From Planktothrix tepida PCC 9214 (GTDB lineage: Bacteria; Cyanobacteriota; Cyanobacteriia; Cyanobacteriales; Microcoleaceae): a DNA stretch of 53,467 nt. The position numbers and the translations under genes are program-made. Shown here one piece after another: positions 1 through 10,595 of this stretch. The notes under the pieces were generated by a model. The model was not told where the DNA came from, made no database searches, and saw nothing but the letters and a program-made list of their open reading frames with translations. The stretch is from assembly GCF_900009145.1 (NCBI RefSeq), contig NZ_LN889801.1:278154-331620 (forward strand), read 5' to 3'. Position 1 is the stretch's first letter; each line of letters opens with the position of its first letter.

Positions 1-2
1 CG

Positions 3-212
3 CGAGGATTAGCAACGGTTTTAGGGGGTGCGGTTTTAGATTTAGGACGGGCGATCTTTCAGGTTCCTGTTTTAGCTTATGGAACGGTTTTTACAGTTCA
101 AGCCATCGGAATGATGCTGGCAATTATCTTATTAAATCGGGTAAATGTGCGAGAATTTAGCGAAAATACAAAACGAGCGATCGCTAATGTATTAGAACAG
201 GAATTAGATTAG
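3..212 (+). CDS. 3' end (C-terminal ~70 aa) of a membrane protein whose gene begins upstream of the window
   Basis: Frame 3 reads open from the window edge to TAG at 210-212. Translation is ...RGLATVLGGAVLDLGRAIFQVPVLAYGTVFTVQAIGMMLAIILLNRVNVREFSENTKRAIANVLEQELD*. It is hydrophobic and looks like the end of a transporter or integral membrane protein. There are too few residues to name a family. Confidence 0.35.
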   Translation, partial: RGLATVLGGAVLDLGRAIFQVPVLAYGTVFTVQAIGMMLAIILLNRVNVREFSENTKRAIANVLEQELD

Positions 213-230
213 TAATGTTGTTTACTTACG

Positions 231-974
231 TTATGCTTGCAATTCCACATCAACAAAAACGCCGTTATGATCGCTCATGGTTACATTGCTATCGGAAATA
301 TTTTCCCAAAAGCCAACTTGGCAATAGGGTTGCAATTCATAACTGACACAGATGTGGTCAATATTATGTCGTTCTTTGGGCTTAACTTCATCAGTTAAAC
401 AAACGAGATTGTTACGTTTTAGCTCCTGCGTTAATAAAGTAATTCCTTTTTGAGTTCCATACCAACGTGAACCATCTCTGGCTTGATTGAAATCTCCGAC
501 AGTTATGAGTTTGCAATCAGAGTTGGTTTTCACCAGATGCTCCCAATCATTTCCATGTTGTTCAATTGATCGGTAATGTTCTTCCCAGTTTTTTGATTTT
601 CCATCTATTCCGCGATCACCGTGCCAGGTAATAATTGTCCCATAAATTAACAGGTTGTAACCTTGTAAATTGACTTTGATACAGACAGCTAGAATGGGAT
701 CAAATGTTGTGAGCATTTCAGTAGGAGCCTGTATTCTTGACCAGATTGTGGTGTAAGCATTTTGCTCCAATCTTTTATCTTGATATTCAATTGATGAGAA
801 CTTGAAGTAGCCCTGTTTTGATAAATCAACAGCAAGATTATTGGTTTCCGTCAAGATCCAAACATCAGCATTTATAGTTTGAATTTGATCTAATACTGCT
901 GGTGTCTTTTTCCAGCTTTTTGGTTTTGGATGCTCCAAATTCCAAGTAACGATCCTGAGTCTTTGGGTCATCAT
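231..974 (-). CDS. Endonuclease/exonuclease/phosphatase (EEP) family hydrolase
   Basis: 247-aa ORF. The N-terminal LRIVTWNLEH motif, an internal WILTE motif and a C-terminal SDH motif are typical of the EEP (DNase I-like) fold. Confidence 0.7.
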   Translation of the reverse strand: MMTQRLRIVTWNLEHPKPKSWKKTPAVLDQIQTINADVWILTETNNLAVDLSKQGYFKFSSIEYQDKRLEQNAYTTIWSRIQAPTEMLTTFDPILAVCIKVNLQGYNLLIYGTIITWHGDRGIDGKSKNWEEHYRSIEQHGNDWEHLVKTNSDCKLITVGDFNQARDGSRWYGTQKGITLLTQELKRNNLVCLTDEVKPKERHNIDHICVSYELQPYCQVGFWENISDSNVTMSDHNGVFVDVELQA

Positions 975-1140
975 ATAGCAATCCTATTTGAAAATATAAT
1001 TAACGATAAAAGGCAAGTATAAATCTTGACAACCGTAGTTTTTCGGGTCAAACAGGATTCCAAAAGGAACAATACAGCAATTCTATCGACTTTAGGTTAT
1101 ATAAGGATGAATCCAAATCTCAAGAACAAATAAGGATGTT

Positions 1141-1794
1141 GTGTTTATGTTCAGTTCTCAATTTTCGCGTTCAGGATTGTCAATTTTCCTAGCATTCGGT
1201 TTAACAACGGCGGTGGCTATACCTTTACTGCCCGGAATTCCAGCCACGGCTCAATCCTTTCCCAATACCTTACAACGGGATAGAATCTTAGCAGGAACTG
1301 TAATTTCAGTAGAGTATCCAGAAGCTGAAAAAATTGTGGTGATGCCGAATGAAACCGTTCCTTTAACGATGACGGTAGCACAAAATGTTGTGACCAGCCA
1401 AGGACGGGTCTGGATTCCCGCAGGTGCTGAAATTGTCGGACAATTAAAACCCGCTTCCGGGGGATCTCAATTTGTGGCTAATGAAGTTATTATTAGTGCC
1501 AGCCAAAGGTTCCGTTTAGATGCTAATTCTCAAGTTGTGACTCGCACTGAAACCATTCGCAAAGGAGCTTCAGCCCGGTCTATTCTAGGGGGAGCAGCTA
1601 TTGGAGCAGCCGCAGCGACGGCGATTAGTGCCGTTGTGGGGGATAATGCGATCGCTACTGAAGAAGTGTTAGGCGGTGCGGGACTCGGTGCCATTACCGG
1701 AGTATTCGTTGGACGTCGGAAAGTTGATGTTGTGGTGGTTCGTCCCAGTGAAGACCTGAATTTAACCTTACAATCGGATATTCTTTTCCGGTAA
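1141..1794 (+). CDS. Hypothetical secreted protein with a C-terminal Gly/Ala-rich (glycine-zipper-like) segment
   Basis: 217-aa ORF with a hydrophobic N-terminal signal-like region. The C-terminus reads GGAAIGAAAATAISAVVGDNAIATEEVLGGAGLGAITGVFVG. A purine-rich stretch precedes the start. No enzymatic motif was recognised. Confidence 0.45.
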   Translation: MFMFSSQFSRSGLSIFLAFGLTTAVAIPLLPGIPATAQSFPNTLQRDRILAGTVISVEYPEAEKIVVMPNETVPLTMTVAQNVVTSQGRVWIPAGAEIVGQLKPASGGSQFVANEVIISASQRFRLDANSQVVTRTETIRKGASARSILGGAAIGAAAATAISAVVGDNAIATEEVLGGAGLGAITGVFVGRRKVDVVVVRPSEDLNLTLQSDILFR

Positions 1795-1819
1795 ATTATA
1801 AATTCAATCCTAGAAATTA

Positions 1820-2926
1820 ATGAGGATATCAAACGCTAAAAAATACGGGGTCGCATTCTTCCTGACTTTGGGGTTAATGGTCTTAGTCAGTTGTTGGAGT
1901 CCGAATGTCACACAAACGGCTGAGTCTTCTCTGCAACACGCTCAGACCCTGGCGGAAGGGATGACCCAACAACTGATTACCCAAACGCCTCAAACCCCCC
2001 GTTTTGGTCAACCCATTGATTGCCAACTGGGTGAAGATTGCTTTATTTTGTTATACCCAGATCGAGATCCTAGTCCCAATGCCGTTGATTTTGGCTGTGG
2101 ACGGCAAACCTATGATGGTCATCAAGGCACGGATTTTGCCATACCAGACGAACAAGCCATGGCCAGAGGGGTTCCGGTGGTGGCGTCGGCGGCGGGGACG
2201 GTGTTACGAGTCCGGGATGGGGTGGTTGACAAACGCATTGCACAGGAAGCGGATAAAACCGCCGTAGAAGGCACAGAATGTGGCAATGGGGTTGTTATTG
2301 ACCATCGCTCTGTGCCCAATGGTGCGGGGTGGGAAACTCAATATTGTCATTTGCGACAGGGAAGCCTGCGGGTTAAACCGGGGGATACCGTTGAGAAAGG
2401 GACAATTTTAGGATCAGTTGGCGCTTCTGGGTTAGCATCCTTTCCCCATGTTCATCTCACCATTCGTTATAACGGGGAAGTGATTGATCCCTTTGTGGGG
2501 CCAGGAGCAACGGCGGGATGTAACGTCAGTCGTAACCCCATTTGGGAACAATCTTTAGCTTATATTCCAACGGGGTTAATTCGGGCTGGATTTTCGACCC
2601 AACCTCCGACAATGGATGAATTATGGCAGGGTAAATTTAACGAAACTATTTTACCCCAAGATAGTCCAGCATTGTTATTTTGGGTACAGGTTTATGGGGT
2701 ATTAACAGGAGATAAAATGATTTTTAATCTTTATGATTCCCAGGGAATAAAAGTTGTTAATAATGAAAGTTTTGTGAATGAATCGAGTAAAACTTGGATT
2801 GGTTATGTGGGGAAAAAAAATAATCCTCAATCCCCTTTAACCCCCGGAACTTGGAAGGCTGAATATCAATTAATCAGAGGCGATCGCACTTTAGTTAAAG
2901 TTCAACGACAACTGCAATTGGAATAG
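1820..2926 (+). CDS. M23 family (LytM-like) metallopeptidase
   Basis: 368 aa with a signal peptide. It carries the HxxxD motif (HQGTDFAIP) and a later HVHLTIRYNGEVIDPF motif. These are the zinc-ligand motifs of peptidase M23. Confidence 0.8.
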   Translation: MRISNAKKYGVAFFLTLGLMVLVSCWSPNVTQTAESSLQHAQTLAEGMTQQLITQTPQTPRFGQPIDCQLGEDCFILLYPDRDPSPNAVDFGCGRQTYDGHQGTDFAIPDEQAMARGVPVVASAAGTVLRVRDGVVDKRIAQEADKTAVEGTECGNGVVIDHRSVPNGAGWETQYCHLRQGSLRVKPGDTVEKGTILGSVGASGLASFPHVHLTIRYNGEVIDPFVGPGATAGCNVSRNPIWEQSLAYIPTGLIRAGFSTQPPTMDELWQGKFNETILPQDSPALLFWVQVYGVLTGDKMIFNLYDSQGIKVVNNESFVNESSKTWIGYVGKKNNPQSPLTPGTWKAEYQLIRGDRTLVKVQRQLQLE

Positions 2927-2949
2927 GGAATTACGAATTATGAATTTGA
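2921..2949. repeat. Copy of the dispersed motif GAATAGGGAATTACGAATTA (the same motif recurs at 15842-15883 and 16801-16808)
   Basis: Direct sequence identity of gaatagggaattacgaatta with the element at 15842-15862. It lies in the convergent intergenic gap between the peptidase gene and the GTPase gene. Confidence 0.6.
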
Positions 2950-3011
2950 ACTTGGGAAAGGCGGATTTAGGGGGATCTGCAAATCGACTATTATCGAGAA
3001 TTTTCGGCGGA

Positions 3012-4631
3012 TTACCAATCAGGACGATCAACCGTATTTCCCTCATCCCAATCTTCTATATAACGCTTTAATAAAGGTTCTGGATTCACTTCCATCTCCA
3101 ATTCTTCCTCTTCTGCTTCTGGCGTTAAATTCAGGGGTTCAATAATTTTAGCAAAGGCATCTTGAACAAATTGTTTTACAAATTCATCCCGGCGAGTTAA
3201 CTGAAATTGTCGTTGTACTACTTCGGTCATTCCTCCATCTCCCCAATCTTGATCATGACGGAAATATTCAATAAAACTTTTACCAGCAATCCGCGTTAAA
3301 TAAGCGGCACTCACCGCTTGAATAGCACGTCCGACTACCAAGGTTGCAATATTTAATTGTAACGCCGTTGAGACTAACTGAATCACTCCTTTCACCACTC
3401 CTAAACTGCCTAAAGTTTTGGCTAAAGATAATGCTAATTCTCGACCCCGATCTATATTTAATTCACAGCCATATATTTTACCAATTTCTATCACCATTTG
3501 GGTATTGACTGCTGCTGTTGCAATTAAATCAATTACAGGTAAAGGCGTTACAGCAATGACTCCTGCACCAATCCATTGAAATCGCTCCACAATTTTTTCA
3601 GCTTCCCGTTTTCTTTGGCTATCAATTAATCGTCGTGCTTCTTCTCCTAATCGCTGAGATTGTAGTAAAATATTATCAGCAATTAATTCTTCTCCTTCTG
3701 CTCTTAAAATCATTGCCATTCGTCGAATTAAGGGCATAATATCTGGTTCTGGTTGTATCATTTCTTCCGTTTCTAATTGAATTGATTGCGGATTTGCAGC
3801 TACAGCAATAACATCACTGGGATCTAAAAACGTCTTGACTCGCTCTCGAAGTTTAGCTAAAATCAGGGTTTTATCGCTTTCAGGATATAAATCAGTTTTA
3901 TTTAAAAGAATCAGCGATCGCTTGCCAATTTCAACTAATGCTTGTAAGGAATGATATTCTGATTGTCTTAAATCATTATCCACAACAAAGATTAATAAAT
4001 TAGCATCCGTTGCTAACGAACGTGCTAATGTTCCTCGTTCAGAACCCCCCATTCCCGCTTCTAAAATTCCAGGGGTATCTGTAATTAAAATTTCCCGTTC
4101 AATTTCTTCTAATTGTAAATGATAGGTTTCTCCAACTTCTGTGGTTCCCATGGGTGCGTTAACTTTTCCCACCATTCGACCCATTAAAGCATTCACTAAA
4201 GAAGTTTTTCCCGCCGAACCTGTTCCAAATACGACCACTTGAATATTCCCTTTCGCTAATTCGGAAGCGATATCTTGAGAACGACTTAATAACGCTTGTT
4301 TGGCAACTTCATCTTGAATTTGAGTCACCTGTTGTCTTAACGATTTAAGAGATTCTTCCGCCGCTTCGGTTTTATCTAAAGGAATTTTTAAAGGTCGCCG
4401 TTTTTTGGTAGATTTTCCTGATTTTTGGAATAATCGAGTATAATAAAAAAAGGCAAAAATAGCCAATCCTAATAATACAATTAATAATAAGAGCAGCAAA
4501 TTGGCTAAAATCGGATTCGCTGACCAAATTACCTGAGTATAAAGAGCCGATAGGGAACTAATCAGCCAAATCATTAACCCTAAAATCAAGCAAATCCCAA
4601 AAATTAACAGTAAATAGCGAGAAATAGGCAT
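3012..4631 (-). CDS. Membrane-anchored GTP-binding protein (MMR_HSR1-type GTPase with a DUF697-like C-terminal domain)
   Basis: 539 aa with two N-terminal TM helices. It has a P-loop GTGSAGKTSLVNAL, a DTPGI switch and an NKTD specificity motif. The C-terminal hydrophobic region (VIAVTPLPVIDLIATAAVNTQMVIEIGKIYG) resembles DUF697. Confidence 0.7.
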   Translation of the reverse strand: MPISRYLLLIFGICLILGLMIWLISSLSALYTQVIWSANPILANLLLLLLIVLLGLAIFAFFYYTRLFQKSGKSTKKRRPLKIPLDKTEAAEESLKSLRQQVTQIQDEVAKQALLSRSQDIASELAKGNIQVVVFGTGSAGKTSLVNALMGRMVGKVNAPMGTTEVGETYHLQLEEIEREILITDTPGILEAGMGGSERGTLARSLATDANLLIFVVDNDLRQSEYHSLQALVEIGKRSLILLNKTDLYPESDKTLILAKLRERVKTFLDPSDVIAVAANPQSIQLETEEMIQPEPDIMPLIRRMAMILRAEGEELIADNILLQSQRLGEEARRLIDSQRKREAEKIVERFQWIGAGVIAVTPLPVIDLIATAAVNTQMVIEIGKIYGCELNIDRGRELALSLAKTLGSLGVVKGVIQLVSTALQLNIATLVVGRAIQAVSAAYLTRIAGKSFIEYFRHDQDWGDGGMTEVVQRQFQLTRRDEFVKQFVQDAFAKIIEPLNLTPEAEEEELEMEVNPEPLLKRYIEDWDEGNTVDRPDW

Positions 4632-4750
4632 ACTGCGATCACTTTAACCTCAAATGAACTAATTTTATAGATGCCTTTCTATAGTAACTAACTCAGGAGA
4701 TAAATTCATCCCCCCTAAGTTCCCCTACCTCCTCACATTCTGAGATTAAT

Positions 4751-5818
4751 CTAAAGTTTACAAGTATCAACTCGTGCAAAAAATAAAGTTCTTGCTTTAA
4801 TTTCTTGAGAAGACAAGGGAAGCGCATTGGGAGAAAAAAGCTGATAATTGGATTCCATTTTCATTCCTTTCTCAAGTTGATTTAGACGAGGAAGATGGCC
4901 TTCTGGTGCTTCTAAAGAAAAAGTTAATTCATTATAATTTTTCCATTTCTCCTTGCCATTTTTTCCCGATTCAATCCATCGAACTAAATCCGTAAAATGA
5001 ATATAAGCATTGGGATCATATCGGTTTAAAGCATCCTCCTTTAATTGATTTTCGGTTTCCACGAAAATTCGCTTTTGAACACTAAATCCAAATAACCCTC
5101 CTGAGTATTTTTTCCATAACTGATCAATCGTTCTTAAATAGGAACAAGACATTTTTTGAATAGCATCTTCATCCAAATAACCAACACTTTCTCGATTCGT
5201 AATTTTCAGTAAAACCTGATTTGTTTTTTGATCGGCGGCTTTCCACTTTTTCTGCTCTAGGAGTTTTTCTAACTCTTGAATATATTTAGGTTTCCTCACA
5301 CAATTTTGTTCTTCATTGAGTAGATTAATTTCAATTTGTGCTAATTGATTTTCAGGAGTGACAACTTCAATAGACCCAAACCCATCACTAATAATTTGAT
5401 TGATTCGCTGTTTAAATAAATTAAATTCTGTATCTTGAGCAGAATTTTGTTGACCAATCACCTCAACAGGAGGTAAAACTTGTACACGATCTCCTTCAGA
5501 AATAGCAGATTCACAAATAGAATTTGGCAAAACATGAATGATTAATGTATTGGGATTTACACTAATATTAAGCTTTTCAATATATCCTCTATATTGTTTG
5601 TTTTGTTCTGATATATCATTAGATAACCCCAATAATTGTTGATAGAAATTCAGGATATTAGGATCAGCATTCAGATGGCTTAATAAATCAATCTGAGTCA
5701 AAGTTCCATAAACCGTGATCAGTGATCCAGTAAAAAATCCGATAATAAAAGTAGGAAATTGATCTATTACTTTTCCAACCCAGGTATCGGTTCTGGAAGG
5801 CGATCGAGAATTTTTCAT
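4751..5818 (-). CDS. Membrane protein with a C-terminal GUN4-like domain
   Basis: 355 aa with an N-terminal TM segment. The C-terminal region contains ...LRTIDQLWKKYSGGLFGFSVQKRIF..., which I recognise as the conserved core of the GUN4 porphyrin-binding domain. This assignment is made from memory. Confidence 0.45.
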   Translation of the reverse strand: MKNSRSPSRTDTWVGKVIDQFPTFIIGFFTGSLITVYGTLTQIDLLSHLNADPNILNFYQQLLGLSNDISEQNKQYRGYIEKLNISVNPNTLIIHVLPNSICESAISEGDRVQVLPPVEVIGQQNSAQDTEFNLFKQRINQIISDGFGSIEVVTPENQLAQIEINLLNEEQNCVRKPKYIQELEKLLEQKKWKAADQKTNQVLLKITNRESVGYLDEDAIQKMSCSYLRTIDQLWKKYSGGLFGFSVQKRIFVETENQLKEDALNRYDPNAYIHFTDLVRWIESGKNGKEKWKNYNELTFSLEAPEGHLPRLNQLEKGMKMESNYQLFSPNALPLSSQEIKARTLFFARVDTCKL

Positions 5819-6466
5819 GTTAAACGGGGGTAGATGCGATATCCATTACCGTCAGGAATAAAAGCCAAACAACTGAAATTCAAAAAAAGGATAATAAACC
5901 GATGAAATTTTGGGGAAATTACAAAACCTAAATTTTGTAGAAGCTCAAATCTAAAAGAGATAATGCTTCCAAAAATTTACAGTCTGATTTCCTGATCTGA
6001 TAGTTTTAGATGAGATTGGTTTAAAAATCGTTTTCTTACACTTATTTGGCTGTCTTAGGTTTGATTTCCTGAATTGTCTCACCTCCTTACACCCAATGAG
6101 TAGCAGTTCTGCAATCAAGATAGCCTTGAAAAACTGACCCTGCTAGGAGTCAATTCTAGCATCATATCCTCGAAAATAAACGGTTTTATAGCTATATAAA
6201 CTCATCAATTTCACGATTAAAAGTTGTTAAAATTACAAAGATTGATCCTTTGATTCTTATTCTTCAACAGTATGAATAATCTGAAATAACCATGAGGATT
6301 ATCCTCAACCCAAATCTGATTTTTGATCAGAGTTTTTTATTTGCGGTATGTTTTTATACAGAGGGTTTGATTGGGGAATTCTATCGATTGAATATGAATC
6401 TTTAATGTTTTTCAGAAATTATGTCTTTAAAACCTTATTAATCTGGATTTAGGGCTAAAGCCCTCA

Positions 6467-7051
6467 CTACGAAGCTTGAAGAATTTGAGCAATCATTGAT
6501 ACTTTTTGGTCGTAGTCTTTTTGAGTTAAAACAGGAACTTTATTGTCTAATGAAATCGGTTGCTGTAAATCAATCCAAGAACGACATCCGCCATAACTAG
6601 GATGATAAGGAATTTCATGAACTTGAGAAAGTTTATAGGTTCTCAATAATAGAATATAAAGAGGCTGTTGAGGTTTAAATTGGATGCGATCGCGCACAAA
6701 GGTTTCATTCCAAATATGAAACTTGATTAATGAATGAATCAAAGACTCATCTTGAGAATTATTCCATGATAAAATATGAGTAATTTCTGCAAAACTACTA
6801 ATTTTAACGGTTTCAGGATGCCAACCCGAAGAAACAGATTTTACAAGATGAGCATATTCAGGTTTTAATAAAGTGGGTTTTTGATGTTCAAAGGTGGGAT
6901 AGAGCAGAATTTTGTTCTGATCAACCTTGAATTTCCCGTTGTGTTCCCGAATTCCTCCTTTTCTCAATAACATAATTGTTTCACCTTGTTCTAAGGCTTG
7001 AATGGTAATATTCCATTCTTTAAGAGCATGATTTGTTACAGTTTTCATCAT
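6467..7051 (-). CDS. Conserved cyanobacterial hypothetical protein (DUF1802-like)
   Basis: 194 aa. The N-terminus ALKEWNITIQALEQGETIMLLRKGGIRE resembles the DUF1802 family as I remember it. No catalytic motif was found. Confidence 0.4.
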   Translation of the reverse strand: MMKTVTNHALKEWNITIQALEQGETIMLLRKGGIREHNGKFKVDQNKILLYPTFEHQKPTLLKPEYAHLVKSVSSGWHPETVKISSFAEITHILSWNNSQDESLIHSLIKFHIWNETFVRDRIQFKPQQPLYILLLRTYKLSQVHEIPYHPSYGGCRSWIDLQQPISLDNKVPVLTQKDYDQKVSMIAQILQAS

Positions 7052-7118
7052 TATAATTATAGATGCTGATTTTCTATTATATTATATATAATAATAACCT
7101 GAAACTAGGAAACTCAAT

Positions 7119-8081
7119 ATGGAAAAACGAACTCTAGGTCAATCTGATATTCTAATTACTCCCCTTTTAATCGGAACTTGGCAAGCCGGAAAACGAATGT
7201 GGGTAGGAATTGAAGATGCAGAAACCATTAAAGCAATTCGTGCTGGTTTTGAGGCGGGAATTACAACCATTGATACAGCAGAAGTCTATGGAGAAGGGCA
7301 CTCGGAACAAATTGTAGCCCAAGCTTTATCTGATGTCCGAGATCAAGTCGTTTATGCAAGTAAAGTATTTGCTAATCATTTGAAATATGATCAAGTGATT
7401 GCAGCTTGTGAACAATCTTTAAAAAATCTGAATACCGATTATATTGATTTATATCAAATACACTGGCCATCAGGCTCTTTCAATTCAGAAATAGTCCCGA
7501 TTGAAGAAACAATGAAAGCCTTAAATCACTTAAAAGAACAAGGAAAAATTCGAGGGATTGGGGTTTCTAATTTTTCCCGAACACAATTGGAAGAAGCCAG
7601 CCAATATGGAAGAATTGAAAGTTTACAGCCACCCTATTCTTTATTCTGGCGAAAGGTCGAACAAGATGCCATGTCTTATTGTATTGAACAGAAGATTTCA
7701 ATTTTAGCTTATTCTCCCCTAGCTCAAGGATTATTAACGGGAAAATTCGGCCCCAATCATCAATTTGCGGAAGGAGATCATCGATCTAAAAATAAATTAT
7801 TTGCGAATAAAGACCATTATCAACGGGTACAAAATGCCTTAGAACAATTGCGACCCATTGCAGAACGTTATCAATGTACATTAGGGCAATTAGCGATCGC
7901 TTGGTTAATTTCCCAACCCCAAACTCATGCAATTGTCGGGTTTAGAAATGCAGAACAAGCTGAACAAAATACTCATGCTGGTACTATTAAAATCACCCCC
8001 GAAGATTTAGCAAAAATCGACAAAATTGGGCGGACTGTTACAGATCATTTAGATGATAATCCGGTGATGTGGGATTTTTAG
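7119..8081 (+). CDS. Aldo/keto reductase family oxidoreductase
   Basis: 320 aa. The IDTAEVYG, IDLYQIHWP and GVSNFS signatures and the overall layout match AKR family enzymes. Confidence 0.85.
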   Translation: MEKRTLGQSDILITPLLIGTWQAGKRMWVGIEDAETIKAIRAGFEAGITTIDTAEVYGEGHSEQIVAQALSDVRDQVVYASKVFANHLKYDQVIAACEQSLKNLNTDYIDLYQIHWPSGSFNSEIVPIEETMKALNHLKEQGKIRGIGVSNFSRTQLEEASQYGRIESLQPPYSLFWRKVEQDAMSYCIEQKISILAYSPLAQGLLTGKFGPNHQFAEGDHRSKNKLFANKDHYQRVQNALEQLRPIAERYQCTLGQLAIAWLISQPQTHAIVGFRNAEQAEQNTHAGTIKITPEDLAKIDKIGRTVTDHLDDNPVMWDF

Positions 8082-8167
8082 AAACAGGAATTAATAGGAA
8101 AATATTGATTTTCCTAACTCTTAATCCATCAATTCCCCCCTTTTTTAGGGGGGTTTGGGAGATATTT

Positions 8168-9841
8168 TTAAAACGGGGCTGGAATTAATTGTAATGGCCC
8201 TAAACCTAACTCTTGAGAAGGAATAGAACGAACTTCTAACAATGCCATCATATCTTTAAATTGAGGTTGACCCCGTGAAGCTCCGGTTAATCCCATCGCA
8301 ATAATTAAACCACACCAACCTTTGGTTTTTTTACACCGTTGTTCCCATTTTTTGCGCGCTTCTTGATGAACGGGATCATCTTCGATAAACTCTCCAAATA
8401 AATGTAAATCTCCATCTTCGGTTTTCAAAATTCCTAAATCATAATTGCGTCCCGCCATGGGGTCTTCACCCGGATTAAAACAAATACCTTCGAGTCCTCC
8501 CGCTTCTTGTAAACTGCGAATCAACAGTTCTGCTTTGGGTTTAGAGGTTTGAATAACAACCACTGGTAAACCATCTCCAATTTCAGGAATTTCCCCCTCG
8601 GCGGCTTGATGAAATTGGGTATTACTTCGTAAATATTTGGCAGTTTCCCAAGGAACAACACCTAAACTTAAGAACGATTTAGGAGGAACTAAATCATCGC
8701 GTAACCGAGGAACTTCTACCTCTAGTTCTTCTTCTTCTGATTCGTCATCAGAGGTCATTGCAGCTAATTCATCGGCAATATCAGGTAAGGTTTCCACCTT
8801 CACCGATACCTGTTTTTTCTCCCCATCGGGTAAATTAATCGGAATCCGATACCGACGGTTAAGACTGGGGAATTGATATCGAACTAATTTTTGAGTATTA
8901 TCGCGTAAAAATCGATGTAGTGCTTCTAATGCCACTAAAACAACAGCCGCTTCTTCATCATACAAAATTGAACGTAATCCTTCTAAGGGATGAAGATTAC
9001 CAAAATTCGGTTGAATTTCCGATAAAGGTAAGCTGGCGAGGTTAATAAAATCATCTTCATCTTCGTCTTCATCCAAATCATCTTCTCGATCAAAGGTGAC
9101 AAATAAACAATCTTGAGTTAAAAAAGCTTCTTCTAAATTATCATAGGATTTATTTTTCACAACTCGCTCTCGAAACCGTTTTAACGAGTCCAAAGAACGA
9201 TACATTAATACCCCATAATCCATCCCCAGTTTACCCAAGGTAGAGATATATAAGGTATCAATTCCAAAGAGATTCAATTCAATGGAAATAATTTGATGTT
9301 CTCCTAAGCGTTCCCAAGGCGCATCTTTCCAAATCTGATAAGCTTTTTCTGTAACAATTTCCGCATATTGCAGAGGGAGTTGAGGGGGGCGACTTTCCGC
9401 CACTTCTTGCAACCCCCGAAAAATTTCATCAATTAGAGGTAAATCCGGGACATATTCAATCACAATTTCTAAATCTTGCAGAACACCCCGCAGGAAAAAT
9501 TGAATTTCGCGATCTTTAACGACTATTTTTTGAGGACGAGCGACAGGTGCGGGACTTTGGGGATGTTCCATTGCTCGTAATAACGTCCGCACAATTGCTT
9601 CTGGCCCCATATCCGTTGGAACCATATCCATTGCTCGCACCATCCCCTGAGAACCGTCCACCCAAATAATACATTCGCCCGGTGCTTCGGAGTCTGCATC
9701 AATACTAGGATTCGTATCCGTCGCCATGGGACGTCGATCCCCTTCCCACACACTGGGAATTTGGGGTAAATTTTGAAGCCGACGAAGGGTTGAGTGATTG
9801 AGACGTGCCATCAAATTAATCTTCTTGTTGGGTAGTTTCAC
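8168..9841 (-). CDS. Hypothetical protein with acidic low-complexity tracts
   Basis: 557-aa ORF. The likely true start is the internal MARLNH Met. It contains DDLDEDEDEDD and DDESEEEELEVE stretches. No known domain was recognised. Length and codon usage are consistent with a real gene. Confidence 0.5.
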   Translation of the reverse strand: MKLPNKKINLMARLNHSTLRRLQNLPQIPSVWEGDRRPMATDTNPSIDADSEAPGECIIWVDGSQGMVRAMDMVPTDMGPEAIVRTLLRAMEHPQSPAPVARPQKIVVKDREIQFFLRGVLQDLEIVIEYVPDLPLIDEIFRGLQEVAESRPPQLPLQYAEIVTEKAYQIWKDAPWERLGEHQIISIELNLFGIDTLYISTLGKLGMDYGVLMYRSLDSLKRFRERVVKNKSYDNLEEAFLTQDCLFVTFDREDDLDEDEDEDDFINLASLPLSEIQPNFGNLHPLEGLRSILYDEEAAVVLVALEALHRFLRDNTQKLVRYQFPSLNRRYRIPINLPDGEKKQVSVKVETLPDIADELAAMTSDDESEEEELEVEVPRLRDDLVPPKSFLSLGVVPWETAKYLRSNTQFHQAAEGEIPEIGDGLPVVVIQTSKPKAELLIRSLQEAGGLEGICFNPGEDPMAGRNYDLGILKTEDGDLHLFGEFIEDDPVHQEARKKWEQRCKKTKGWCGLIIAMGLTGASRGQPQFKDMMALLEVRSIPSQELGLGPLQLIPAPF

Positions 9842-10595
9842 CAGTTATGATGATGCCGCACAACCAATGGCTGAACCTGCCATATTGTAATGCAATGCTT
9901 TCTCCATCTTATAAGAAAAATTCCTGAAAACTCCGTCACTTTAGGCCAGGAGAGCCAAAATCTTACACCACACCCTTACCAAGGACTCCCAACGATTGTA
10001 AACCCTGACCAATAGTAGGGATGGGAAAAATCTCGGTTCATGTCAGGTAACTGAATCGGAGACTTTTCATCCACTTGTATATAATATCCTTGTAACGCCT
10101 CAAGTTCAATGTTGGCTTGACCTTGAATCATCGAAATTTGCGCCTGTCTTAAAAATTTAGGGTAGATGGTAGAGTTAATATCCCTACCGTCTTATTGTAT
10201 GGGCGGCGGGTTCGGAATCGGAGAGGTTTCCTATTTTTGAAATACTTTGTTAAAGCAATGGGATAATACTATCATTTTTTTGAATAAACTCAATAATGGC
10301 ATTAACGTTTTTTACAGTAAAGTTGTCTAAAAGCTTATTAATTTTTCTTTTTAATCGGCTATCTAGCAGGGCTTCAGACATATAGAAGATTTTTATAAGT
10401 GATATTTACTATAATAACGATTCGAGAATTCAGCACAACTAATGAGGGAAAGTCTCCAAACCGATTTATCCCTAATTAGAGATCCATTACCCGGCAACGG
10501 TGGTCTGCGATAAAATATCAGGAATACAGAAGCCGGATCAAAACACCATTATTTTTTGATCAGTTAAAACTTTACAAAAGGAGTCAGGCCAACCC

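Noticed and set aside
1530-1832. Antisense or overlapping short ORFs from the six-frame track (for example 1530-1832, 2004-2267, 2122-2319, 8637-8876, 9523-9753, 13280-13522, 13967-14155, 15143-15442, 15247-15549, 16335-16520, 17506-17958, 18730-19150, 20114-20326, 26610-26813, 27076-27534, 28040-28231, 29035-29232, 29529-29726, 31359-31715, 32020-32255, 33354-33563, 35230-35433, 35845-36651, 37255-37704, 38575-38793, 40032-40241, 41304-41789, 42057-42260, 47794-48015, 50756-50992, 52965-53174)
   Set aside because: Each lies inside or against a longer ORF that has clear family signatures. They show low-complexity or Arg/Ser/Cys-rich composition typical of off-frame translation and have no recognisable motifs.
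10150-10240. tRNA-like sequence (gggtagatggtagag ... gggttcggaatcgg)
   Set aside because: The D-loop-like and T-loop-like strings do not form a cloverleaf. The acceptor and T stems are not complementary, and the candidate anticodon loop is 11 nt long. No tRNA or rRNA gene was identified anywhere in the window.
10258-10383. 43-codon minus-strand ORF (MSEALLDSRLKRKINKLLDNFTVKNVNAIIEFIQKNDSIIPLL) in the iscA upstream gap
   Set aside because: It has no RBS and is Lys/Asn-rich, as expected from AT-rich non-coding DNA. No motif was recognised. Chance occurrence is likely in a 750-nt AT-rich spacer.
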